A DNA stretch of 64,000 bases from Lepidodermella squamata (taxonomy: Eukaryota; Animalia; Gastrotricha). Shown piece after piece: positions 1-11,300 of this stretch. Within the stretch, counting starts at the first letter, position 1; every line of letters begins with the position of its first letter. The stretch lies in assembly GCA_047495785.1 (NCBI GenBank), contig JBLDXI010000024.1, positions 4,030,001-4,094,000 of the forward strand. Direction: 5' to 3'. Below the pieces are notes generated by a model. That model saw nothing but the letters and a program-made list of their open reading frames with translations. It was not told the origin of the DNA and ran no database searches. Position numbers and translations under genes: made by a program.

Positions 1-716
1 CGGTCGCGTGCAATCTAAAACCGCATTATTTCTCTTATTTAGTGATCACTGGTTTTTTCAAAAATAGTAAACTTACCTCTTGTATCTTCTTGCCTTGGGC
101 TGAAATCTCTGAACAATGCGTTGTGAATCGAAAAATTGTGAAAAGATTTATTTATCTACTACTAACCTTTTTTATTGTGATGATGACCACATTTTTGTGG
201 AAGGGATTAGCATTTTTTGGTGAAAGATAACTATGTACCAACCACTAACAATCCGGTTTGAGATCAGTGCAATTCCAATTCATCTGTGTATAAAATGCGC
301 GTTTTCAGATGAAAATTTCATATTTTTTATTTTGCAATTACTAGGATCATTTTTTTTACATGGCGCTATTCCGCCTGAATTTGATACCTTGCATTTGAAG
401 GAAGCAACTTTATAAATTCAGGTGAGGCCTTTTTTATTTTTTTCTACCGCTTAAATGCTTACTAGGAGGCATTTCTTGTCTACATTAACACATTTTTTGA
501 ATATAATTCGAAAAATGGATGGCAGAAAAAGTTAAAAGTAGCTAAATATTCCTCCTTAAAAAATTTTAATATTTTTTATCTGCTATGAATTTGACGGAAA
601 AGGATAAAGAAATTTGGAAATCGCTCGTTTCAATGAGAAATACGCCTTCGGATTAATTTCATAAAAAGATTCCGGTTTTCGCACTGTTTCTTTCCTAATT
701 TTTGTCTTTTTTTAAG

Positions 717-3098
717 ATGGATGACCATGCCTTATCGATCAGCGTTGAGCAGTTGCAGCAAGTTCGTCGCGAACAGCGCGATCACTTGATGTCCCTCCCC
801 CAACGGCGCAAACTCGCAAAACTCGCGTCCTGCCGACACTGCGACGTAACCGGATGCCGCTGCCCCGGTTGGATCCCGGCCTCAGCTGACTCAGTCCAAG
901 ACTCTGAGGTCGAAAGCCGCGCCTCATCAAGCGATGTCTCCGTTCAACAGAACTGTAAAACGTGTCATCACGAGCTAGACGACCACGGCTGTTCAGATTT
1001 AACCGACAAAAATCAAGACGCAATTTTCGGACTGGTCTGCCTGAGTCAAGACGTTGTCTCCCTGTACAGCTCCGTTCAAAATCAAACCGACCCAGATGCG
1101 AAACAAATTTATTTCTACGTCTACAAGCAACTTCGGCGTTGTTTAGACACCCTAACCCTACCTAGTCAGCCGATTTTCAAACCAAGCCCGCCCTTCGAAC
1201 AAGCGCCATCGATTTGCCGGCTACTCGCGAATTTCGTCGTGTATCACGGTATGGAAGACGGCCAACAACTAGCCGCGTTATTCCTCGACGTTTTCGACGT
1301 GTGGCAAATCCCGTTTCCCGGCCAGTTAGTCGCGAAATTGAACTCAAAAGAATTGAAGGAGTACTATGAAGAATGCGTCCTCGACAACACCGAGCTGCTG
1401 AGTTACTACCGAACTTTCTACAGCCAGTGGTTGTGTCACTGTCGAATTCCGGCGATTTCAGCCCGGCTGAGCCTACCATGCTGGCGGGCGACGTCCGTTT
1501 TCGGTCAGAAATTACTGCGAGCTGTTTTCCCGTTATTTCGAGAAGACCTCATCGCGCAATGCAAGGCTGAAAAATCGCAGCGAGATTTGGTCGCGAAACT
1601 AGTCAAATTCCTCAACCTCATGCAGTCCGACTTCCAATCGGCGAAAAATGACGACGATTGCGAGTGGTTCTCCGCCAATTACAGTTTGAACGGTTTCAAC
1701 CCGAAATTTCTACAAAGCCCGGCCTTGATCGACTCGGGTGTGCAGGTCCAACAGCCGCAAATCGATGAGAAAAAGCCACAAGTCACGGGGCGGAAGCGAC
1801 GTGGCTCAACTTCCGGCTATCAATCCGGCGCTGGGAAGCACTCGAAACACGACCATGAACCTGATTCTCACGTACCGGGTGATGTCCCATCGAAAGTTTT
1901 GACCGAAATTCTGAAAGAAAACCCGTTGCTAAGCGCGCCTCAAACGCCTCATTCGTTGAATCCGCACTTATTGGCTATTGCCTTGCGTGATGAGAGGGCC
2001 AGGTTAGACTACCAGTCCGGCATTTTGTCCGTCCATGTCGTCAATAATTCGCCTGCGATTCGAGAGCCGAGTTCGACTAGCGATGAATTATCGTTGTTTC
2101 TGCTCGCGGCTCAGAACATTTTCACGGCCCAGCTGCCGAAAATGCCGAGGCCGTACGTCGCGCGGCTGGTTTTCGACCCGAAACACCGAACCCTGTGCCT
2201 GGTTAAGAAACTCGACCCGACCACCCCGATTTTAACCGGCCAAGCTGGGATAACGCGGCGAGTCATCGGCGCTATTTGCTTCTGTGCGTTCCCCCAACGC
2301 CAATTTTCTGAGGTCGTATTCTGCGCTGTCTCAGCCGAAGAGCAAGTCCGAGGTTTCGGCACTTTCATGATGTCCTGCCTCAAAGAATGGCATGTCCAGC
2401 ACGGTTTTCGACACTTGTTAACCTACGCGGACGAATTTGCGGTCGGCTATTTCCTGAAACAGGGCTTCACCGCTGATTTCAATCTACCGAAATCGCACTA
2501 CGAGGGTTATATCAAGGAGTACGAAGGAGCTACCTTAATGGCGTGTGAACTGCAGCCGAATGTCCCTTACACGCATTTGACGATTGGAATTCGGCAGGTT
2601 CGAAAGGTGGTCGAAGCTCTTGCAGTCAGACGGCGCCGGGATGTCGTCGTCCGCCGGCCTGGTTTGACTTGTTTCGGTTCCGACGTCAAGCAAATTCCGA
2701 TTGAATCGATCCCTGGCGCGGTCGAGGCCGGTTGGTCCGAAGAAACGGCTGGTGAAGATTCGCAGCAAGATTTGAACTCTGACTCAGATTCGCTGCTGTC
2801 AGACCTCAGGGGCGTTTGGAACCAGGTCAAATCGCACGCTTCAGCCTGGCCGTTCCAGAAGCCGGTCGATAAAACGGAGGCGCACGACTACTACGACGTG
2901 ATCAAGTACCCGATGGATCTGAAAACGATTGGCGAGCGGTTGAAGTCGCGTTACTACCACAACAAACGGCTGTTTGGCGCTGATTTCGCGCGAATGTTTG
3001 AGAATTGCCGGAAATACAACGCTCCGCCGACGGAGTACTACAAATGCGCGAATAATCTGGAGAAGTACTTCCTGCAAAAAATGCGAGAACTCGACTAG
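717..3098 (+). CDS. KAT2A: Histone acetyltransferase GCN5/PCAF (KAT2), intronless CDS
   Basis: PCAF N-terminal Cys motif (KLAKLASCRHC..GCRCPGW), GNAT motifs (QLPKMPRPYVARLVFD, EVVFCAV..EQVRGFGT, LTYADEFAVGYFLKQGF, YIKEYEGATLM) and C-terminal bromodomain (AWPFQKPV..DYYDVIKYPMDL). First ATG at 717. Confidence 0.96.
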   Translation: MDDHALSISVEQLQQVRREQRDHLMSLPQRRKLAKLASCRHCDVTGCRCPGWIPASADSVQDSEVESRASSSDVSVQQNCKTCHHELDDHGCSDLTDKNQDAIFGLVCLSQDVVSLYSSVQNQTDPDAKQIYFYVYKQLRRCLDTLTLPSQPIFKPSPPFEQAPSICRLLANFVVYHGMEDGQQLAALFLDVFDVWQIPFPGQLVAKLNSKELKEYYEECVLDNTELLSYYRTFYSQWLCHCRIPAISARLSLPCWRATSVFGQKLLRAVFPLFREDLIAQCKAEKSQRDLVAKLVKFLNLMQSDFQSAKNDDDCEWFSANYSLNGFNPKFLQSPALIDSGVQVQQPQIDEKKPQVTGRKRRGSTSGYQSGAGKHSKHDHEPDSHVPGDVPSKVLTEILKENPLLSAPQTPHSLNPHLLAIALRDERARLDYQSGILSVHVVNNSPAIREPSSTSDELSLFLLAAQNIFTAQLPKMPRPYVARLVFDPKHRTLCLVKKLDPTTPILTGQAGITRRVIGAICFCAFPQRQFSEVVFCAVSAEEQVRGFGTFMMSCLKEWHVQHGFRHLLTYADEFAVGYFLKQGFTADFNLPKSHYEGYIKEYEGATLMACELQPNVPYTHLTIGIRQVRKVVEALAVRRRRDVVVRRPGLTCFGSDVKQIPIESIPGAVEAGWSEETAGEDSQQDLNSDSDSLLSDLRGVWNQVKSHASAWPFQKPVDKTEAHDYYDVIKYPMDLKTIGERLKSRYYHNKRLFGADFARMFENCRKYNAPPTEYYKCANNLEKYFLQKMRELD

Positions 3099-3474
3099 CT
3101 CAATTCTTGTCTCTTCTTTTCAAGAAACCCTGTATGACTGATCATTTTTTGAGCGTGAAATTTCGATTTTTAAATTCGAAAAATTATTGCAGTGCATTAG
3201 TATTTTAAGGCGGAATTTTTCATTTTGCTGTTATTCAGTAGTTATTACTATCCCGAAAGTTTGATCTTGAAAAATGATCAATTACTGATGGTTTCTTGCG
3301 GTTTTTAACACCATTTTTTACGCTTCTTTGTATTGTTGTGTTTCTTCTTTTTGGTTACCGTTTTTGATACGACCTCGATTAAAATCGACGAATTTCTGAA
3401 AATTTCGAATTTTCTCTTTTTAGGACGTATATTTTTTGAGTTTTGTCGAGTTTTCTCTCCTCAACTAACGCAAA

Positions 3475-4798
3475 ATGAACAAGGACCGTCTGGAAAAGCT
3501 TGGTGAGCAGGTGCGCATCGGTGGCAAGGGCTGCCCGCGCCGCAAGCGGAAGGTCGTCCACAAGACCGTCGCCACCGATGACAAGAAGCTGCAGGCGACT
3601 CTGAAGAAGCTCGCCGTCAACAACATCCAGGGCATCGAGGAGGTCAATATTCTGCGCGACGACGGCTCCGGCACCGTCATCCACTTCAACAACCCGAAGG
3701 TGCAGGCCAGTTTGTCGGCGAACGTTTTCGCCATCACTGGCCACGCTGAGGACAAGAAATTGGGCGATATCTTGCCCACCATTTTGCCCCAGGTAAGTAT
3801 ATTTCGAAAAATCACTCGAAATTGAATCATCTGAATTCCTTTCGCGGCTTATCGACTGGTCCTTAGCGATATATACTCCTTAAGCCTCTCGATTAAACTC
3901 GAGTAATTACAAAGGCACCGCGTTTTTACGTCGGCCGCGCTAATCCCCCGCACGCCTTTGTTCGGCGCGTGAATGAATTTGTGACTGGGAACAATACTAA
4001 CAACTAACAATAATAATAATACTAGTAATAGGTAGGCAGCTCGTGAGAGTAGCAGGGGCGAGTAACGGCGTTCACACGCTTACTTTGAGGCTTAGACATA
4101 TATAGGTATACTCGCGAATTAGTCAGCGCGCTTTTTCTCAGGCGGCTGCTGATCGATGCGCGGTTTCAGCTTCCTGTCGAGCAGCTGAAAACTCATGCTT
4201 TCTTATTTACATTTCTCATTCATTTCATGTCGTTATTTTTTATTTTTCTACATATTTTTTCCTGCGCGCCAAATATATCCTATTTGTTTCACATTTCAGA
4301 TTACTAATTTTGGCTCAATTCTTGCTAATATCTTTCGAAAATTCAGTAATTCTTAAATTCTCAGGCGAGATATTTTTGAAAAATTGGTAGAAATTACTAA
4401 CAAGCGGGGATTAATCGATTATTAAAAATTAAGGAGGATATGTTAATAACAAATTTCAAACGTTGCTTTCCTGATTTATTTCCATTTCTCGCCAAATTTT
4501 TGGGCAAATTTTGGAGTAAGCCGTTAACTTCTGAATTTAACCTCATTCTTTCATGCATTCGAAAATATTGTAAATTCGATGTATTAAGAAATTGAATTTC
4601 GACTTTTAGCTTGGTTCTGAGAACTTGGCCAGCCTTAAGAAGCTGATGGCCCAGGGCGGCGCCCTCGGTGGCGGCCCTGGCGGAGCGGCCCGCGCTGGCG
4701 AGGACGACGAGGAAGTGCCTGAGTTGGTGGGCAACTTCGACGAGCCGTCGAAGAAGGAGGCGACCGGCGCCGGCGCGTCGGCGATGAAGGTCGACTAA
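3475..4798 (+). CDS. BTF3: Nascent polypeptide-associated complex beta / BTF3 (exons 3475-3792, 4610-4798)
   Basis: [45 protein letters not shown]; exon 2 gives [14 protein letters not shown]; canonical GT..AG intron. Confidence 0.95.
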
Positions 4799-5517
4799 GA
4801 ACTTGATCTACCCAAGCTGCTTTCCAACGAACGTTGTATTCGCCTCTGAGCAATTGCACAATTTGAATGGGAAGTACAATAATACAAAACAATTTGAAGC
4901 AGCGTGGATGAGTGTGTTCGTTGTACGTGTGTGTTGATCAGCATTCTGAAATAATCATGGCATTCGCTTATGATCTAGTGGTTCTTTGTTTTTTGAAGAA
5001 GGAGTTGTTATGGGGAGAGAAAAAGTCGTTACAAAGCAGCGCCAGAGTTTGGTATACGATATATACATACATGAAAAGCGTGTAATAATAAAGCAAAAAT
5101 TATATTCAAAATATATTCGCTTTTTGTTGATCATATTTAGCAACGCCGCGTGATCATTTTTCCTTACGTATCTTCTTCCATCTTGTCCTTATCTTCTTTC
5201 GTGATTGATTCCACCCGTGAAAATTTACAAAGATGAAATGCTATCATTGCTTATATACATATAAGGCCAAGTTATGTTTACTGAAATTATATATACATTA
5301 CTCTCATTGCTGCTGAAGTAATGAAAATTGACAATAATAAAATCTTATAAGGTGTGAAATTAAATTTTACCAAATATTTTAACGTATTTTCTGATTTTTA
5401 CATTAGGTGCTTATTAATTTTATACAAAAAGCCTTGTTTACTTCTAGTCAGATTCAAAAATTAAAAGTGAGTTTTAACGATTCTTTTCGATTTTCCATAT
5501 CTAATATCGAATTTCAG

Positions 5518-6742
5518 ATGTTTTCTGTAGGCAAAGCGACATCACCCACATTTGAAGCAATTGAAAATATCTCCGACTATATTACCGCGGTTGAAACGCG
5601 CTTCTGTTCCTCTGCTCGAGATGGCCACTTGGTTATCGGAGTTTCCGGTGGTTCAGCCGTCGAAGTCACTGCCGCGGCTCTAGAGCGGCTCTACAAGGGT
5701 GGACAAGTTAAGAAGGTTGACATTTTCTTCTGCGACGAGCGTATCGTGCCCGAGGATGATTCGGAATCTATTTATGGCGCTTATAAGAAGAAGAGTTCTC
5801 AAATTCTCGATTTCTGCAAATTCCATCCTGTTGAACTCAGCCTCAAGGAAGGTGAGTAATAAGTAATATATCCAGGGGCGTAACCAGCTGGTTGTTTTGG
5901 TTGTTCAAACAACTACCAAAATGAAAACTCAAAAACCCCTCTTCGGCCTATTTTCTGGAGAAAATGGCTTAAATAGCTTAAAAAGTAGACGAAATGTTGG
6001 CAAAATTATCAAAAAATTTCTCGCTTCGCTCGAAATCCCGACATTGTCAATAGTTCCTATTGAAAATCGGCGCTTTCCGACTTTGGATTATCCTGAGAAA
6101 AATGAAAATTTCACTATCAGATCCATAACAACTACCAAAAGAAATTCCTGGTTACGCCCCTGAATATATCTTGTACTTTTTGAATCTTTTTGAAATTTCT
6201 TCATTTTTCATGTCGAATTTAATTGATGAGAATTGATCAAATTAAGGTGGAATTTTCAAAAATATTTATTCCCATTTTTTCCAGCCGACGCCGTTGCCAA
6301 GGACTACGAGAACAAAATTCGCTGCTTCTTCAAAGTTCAGGATGGCGAAATCCCGAAATTCGACTGTCTCCTGCTTGGCATGGGCGATGACGGCCACACC
6401 TGCTCGCTTTTCCCAGGTCACGCGGCCTTGAACGAAAAAACTCAACTCGTTACAGGTTGGTCTTTTAATATCAAATATAGGACGGACTTGGAGTGTTGAC
6501 TCAATGATTCAGGAGTGACTAATTCGCCGAAGCCGCCCCCGGTTCGCGTGACCATGACCTACCCGCTGTTGAATGCCGCCCACAACGTGTTATTCCTGGT
6601 TAGGGGTCAAAGCAAAGCCGCGACAGTGCGAACCATCGTGAAACGCGAGGCGGGTTTCGAAAAATTACCGGCCGGCCACGTTCAACCCGCTGAACCGGTT
6701 TTCTGGCTGCTGGATAACGCAGCCGCTAGCCAGCTTCAGTAA
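5518..6742 (+). CDS. PGLS: 6-phosphogluconolactonase (exons 5518-5851, 6285-6455, 6513-6742)
   Basis: GVSGGS, FFCDERIVP, FDCLLLGMGDDGHTCSLFPGH, SPKPPPVRVTMTYPLLN, WLLD motifs; splice phases consistent. Confidence 0.93.
5873..6162. mobile_element. hAT-like MITE (290 bp) in PGLS intron 1
   Basis: 15-bp perfect TIR CAGGGGCGTAACCAG/CTGGTTACGCCCCTG; 8-bp TSD AATATATC at 5865-5872 and 6163-6170. Confidence 0.9.
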
Positions 6743-7194
6743 ACAAATTTGACGATACCTTTTAAATAGAGGAAGATAAATGACCCAAGGTAATTTTTTA
6801 CTTGTCAGTTGTTTACTTGGGTCATTTCTTACGTTCTCTATTGTAAGTACCAAATTATTCTAATTTTTCTGAAATTATTATTGGCGATAATTCAAAACTG
6901 TTGTCTCTCTTCGTTATAATATTCAAAAGCGGGTTAAAAATGCTTTCTGAGACTGCCCGCCCGGTGTGATTATCAACTTGTCCGTCTATTGATTTGTTGT
7001 TTTGTTGCCCGACCCGCTTTCGGCGCTTCCCGGTTGTTATATTCACGATTTTTCCTGCTTTCTCGCCATAATCTAGTAGAAACACAAGCACAAACGCTCA
7101 CACTGCAGCAATAATGCCATTATCATTCCTATTGTTGCTTATATTTCAATTGTTATTATAACTGAACTACTCTGCTTCGATATGCCCTACCGGC

Positions 7195-7264
7195 CGACTG
7201 ACTGACTGACTGACTGATTTTGAAGAAGAAACGTTGTTGTCCGAAAGCCGTGTGTGTGTGTGTG
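7195..7264. repeat. Microsatellites (GACT)n and (GT)n
   Basis: gactgactgactgactgactga at about 7196-7217; gtgtgtgtgtgtgtg at about 7250-7264. Confidence 0.8.
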
Positions 7265-8328
7265 CACATATGCGAGAATGAATACACATGTATGAAGAAG
7301 ACAGCAGAACGCATCGTTGTTTAAACGTAATGTTATTTGCCCATCAGCTGCGCACACGCGACCCGCAAAACTAACTGCTACGGCTTCTGTCAATCAATCA
7401 ATCACTAGATATATGCTGTAGGCAGTGATAGTGAGGATGACGGCGGCGAGGGTGATCGTTTCACGTCCGCAAGTGGTCAGTAACTACGTTACTACTGCGA
7501 ACGCTATTATTTGCCTCGCCATTAGCAATTAGCCACCTTAAAATGCTTTTTTCGTGAACTTTCGTTATTAGATTTCAACGGAGGAATTTATTGGATTTAA
7601 TTTTTGGCTTTTGTCAACTTCCGAAAAATTGACCTAATTTTGGCGGCGCACATCACTCTGTTTCTCGCTCGTGAAGACTGACTCAATTAAATTTTTATGA
7701 ATTCTCTAAAATTGAAGGATGTTACATTATTTATCCAAGATTTTTATTCTTTTGATGGAAATTTGCTCGAATTTGATTGATTCTTTAGAAAATTCATTTT
7801 TAAGGTGGAATTTTTCTTTTTATTCTTTCTCGATTCGATATTTTATTTGATTTGATAATTAAATCAGGGTTATTTTCATTTAAGAGAAGGATAAAGACTC
7901 TTTAAGCTTTACTTCATTTGGTAGGAAAGAAAAATGCATCGTTTTCTATGGGCATAAGAACGTTAAAGGAATCCGTAAAGATTTTTTTCGTTTCTTATGT
8001 AAATAGTGTGCGTTTTCCTATATCCGCTTTCTTCGCGTTGTTTACTTGTAAAATCATTGATAGGTATTGTGTTTGCTCATTTCAGGCGCGAATTTTCTGC
8101 GCACTCAAATTTGAAATGTTAATCCAATACTATTGCATTCCCTTTTTTAGGACGCCTTTTTATTACTTACTAATTTATACTCCTGATCGGTTCATGCGAC
8201 AACTACGACAAATCAACCGCAGAACGTGTTAAATTTTACTCAACAACATCGGCAATCTCTCGCTGAATAACAACAATCTCAAAAAGATCATCATCACATT
8301 TTACCGATATTAACTTATTATTATTACT

Positions 8329-11300
8329 ATGGTGCTTGGTGGTAATTTGCCGGCCTGGTGCTGCTGGTTGGCAACGGCCGCGATTTTCATCACTCAATCT
8401 AACGCCTTAATCATTGAACCTCGGATAGTTGACAACTGCACATTCGACGTGGTGGACCCGGGTATTGATCCGTGTTTCTGGATTAAGGAAGAATCGCCCG
8501 AGGCTGAGGGTAAATGTATAGGCCTTGACAACCCAGCCACAACACCATCGCCAAATGCCGAGGTCGCGAAACCTAAGACTGAATTTTCGGGCTGGAACGA
8601 GTGGAATTCCGGGCAGTACTTCCCGGCGTCTGATCTCAGTGGTGGCGCTGCGTCGGAACAACAGAAAAACGAGCAGTCACTAGTTCGATGCCCGATTGCC
8701 TATATCAATAAGGAAGGCGCAAATTCGACCGAATTCACCAACGCGACAATGACAGATGACGAGTCGCAAATCGAGTACGGGGTGGATTATTCGATTTTGC
8801 AATCAACAAACTGCTTATTCTGGCCTCTATACGACCACTCAGGGGCTCGCATGCAATATCAATACGCCGTACTGAGGTCTGGTGTATCAAATCGAGCCCG
8901 ACTGATTTTCAACTGCCAAAATTATGTCCTAAATTCGACCCTGCTCGGGGAAGATAATGTCTGTTTGACCTTTTGGTACTATCTAGAGCCAAATCACAAC
9001 GCCGCGGTTCTATCAGTAAACCAAAAAGTTAACACATCGTGCTATTCTCAGCTATTTTCGACTGAAAATTCGAAATTAGTGACGTATGGTCGATGGGCCC
9101 AGGCGAAGGTCAGAATTCCGTTGTTTCGAACTGGCGGCCAGTTGTACTTCGAGGCGGCTAAAACTAGCGAGCAGTACTTGCTGGACGGAATCGCCTTGGA
9201 CGATATCGTGATCTATGACAGCTCGTTCTGCGGTCCCGAGTCCGAAAACCCGGTCTCGCCCTCGAAATGCGTTGAATATCGAAGCCCAAGTTCGAGTATT
9301 TTAATCGATAAACGAGTCATTCGCGACTATTGTAACGTCGATAATTCGACTTCCTGTTCGAATTGGCGCCCGATTTCCGATCAATTCCGGCCGTGGAAGG
9401 CTAGTACCGCGATTCTAAACGCCGGCGATCGAGGCATTGCGCGTTGCTGGTCGAATACGCCGATGGAAAATTGCGTGTTATGGCCGGAAAAAGACCGAAC
9501 AAACGAGGCGTCGACGTCGCAAGAAGTGTCTGGCAAGTACTTTTTCTCGCTGTTCAAGCAAAACTTCAGCACTACGCCGCATATGATGACTTTCGAGTCG
9601 TCGAAACTGCTGGATATCGAAAATTTGGCTGAGGAGAAGCGCGCGTTGTGTTTGACGTTTTGGTACGTCATGGAGCCGACTCACAACATCAACTTGGCGG
9701 TTCATGTCAGCTATGATGGCAATGTTGTGGCTAACGAAACGCTGTGGCGGATTTTCAATGGCACTGGGGTTTGGTCGTTTGCTCAGGTCGAACTGTCAGT
9801 TGCCCGGCGAAAATTGTCTCGAGTCTGGATTTCGGCTGTTAAGGTTTGTAATTAACTTAAATTTGAAATATAGATTCGGAATGCCTGGGTATCAATTTTA
9901 TTTTTTGGCTACTTGGGGGGGCCTTTTAGATGAAAATAATTAAGATCTTTAATCAGCCAAAAGCTTGGTTAGATGAGCAAAGGACTGCTAGCAGTTTCCC
10001 CGCGGCTTATAGCAGTTGCAAGGGGGTTTTGAGTCCCTGTGCGCGCTGTGAGCAATTCTCTTCGACATTTGCCGCTTCTTATCGCGCCGGGGCGCGGCAG
10101 CAGCGCCTTGAAAAGGCATCACGTTAGCTTGGTTCACAAGCGCCGGAAAGGAGGGACGATGACACGTCTCCGTCCGGAAAGCGTCAATTACAACGGTGAG
10201 CGTTAATGACGTTAGCTTAAGTTGAGAGTTTCTAACCTCGCCAAAGATACTAGGCAAGCCGCGTAAGAAAATACAAGATAAGGAAAAATCGTCCGTGGTC
10301 CAGCCTGCTTTCGTTGTAGCCTCAACAGACTTAACGAAGGCGCAGACGTAGCCCTCCGGAGTCAAATGTCCCATCTGAAATGTTTGAAAAAATTGTTTGC
10401 TCTAAGATCCTTTAATTTTGTTAAGCGATTTAAAGGTTTATTTTAAGCTGAGGCTTTTTGAGGCTTTTTAATAAGAATACATAATTTTTTAACTTTATTA
10501 ATTTTAATTTGTGTTTTTCAATGTAGAACAACACGCAATGGGTGTTTGACGGTCTTTCTATCGACGATTTGTCGATTTTCGAAACCGAATCCTGCCCAAC
10601 AATGCCACCTGCCGCCAAGGTGCCTCGAGGCTTATCAGTGCCCAATGACCATCTGCTTCCATCGCTCATCGTGCCAAGAACTGCTGCTTCAACGAGGAGT
10701 GCTCAGAATTCTGGCTCATCAACCGCGAGACCAAAAACTTTCAACGATCCGATCGACGTGTTTTTCGGCGTGACGACGACGATTTCTATTGCAAGTACAA
10801 CGACTGGCTCAACTTCGACTGCTAGGACTTCAACAAGCCTTCCTCGAACTACTGCTGCTCCTTCCACTACAACTACTACTCGCTCCTCGACTGTTGTTAC
10901 TACGCTGCCTGTTACTACAGCGGGGGTGACTACTACTGCGACTAGTTCGTTAGCCACTACAACTGGAATTGCGAATGTGAGTGAGGAGTCCGTGAGAGTG
11001 GAGTCGATTCAGTCTACAACGGTGGCTCCTACTACTCGATTGGCTACTACTACCTCGACTACAACGATGCCTTCTACACCAATCAGCACCACTGTTGTTA
11101 CGACTAGAGGTGAGAGATTCGAACATTTCTAACTATGAATTATCAGTTTTTCTGTGAAAAGAATTTTAATAAATTTGGGAATTTTTTAATTTGAACAAGG
11201 AAAAGTGAGGTCCAGCTACTTTTTTTAGCAAATCACGATAACTTTCTTCGATAAATTTGGAAATGATTAATTCTTGGTTTTCACTATAAGGCTTGAACCA

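Noticed and set aside
3870-4442. Weak inverted repeats in the BTF3 intron
   Set aside because: Too degenerate to define TIR or TSD; probably an old MITE but not supportable
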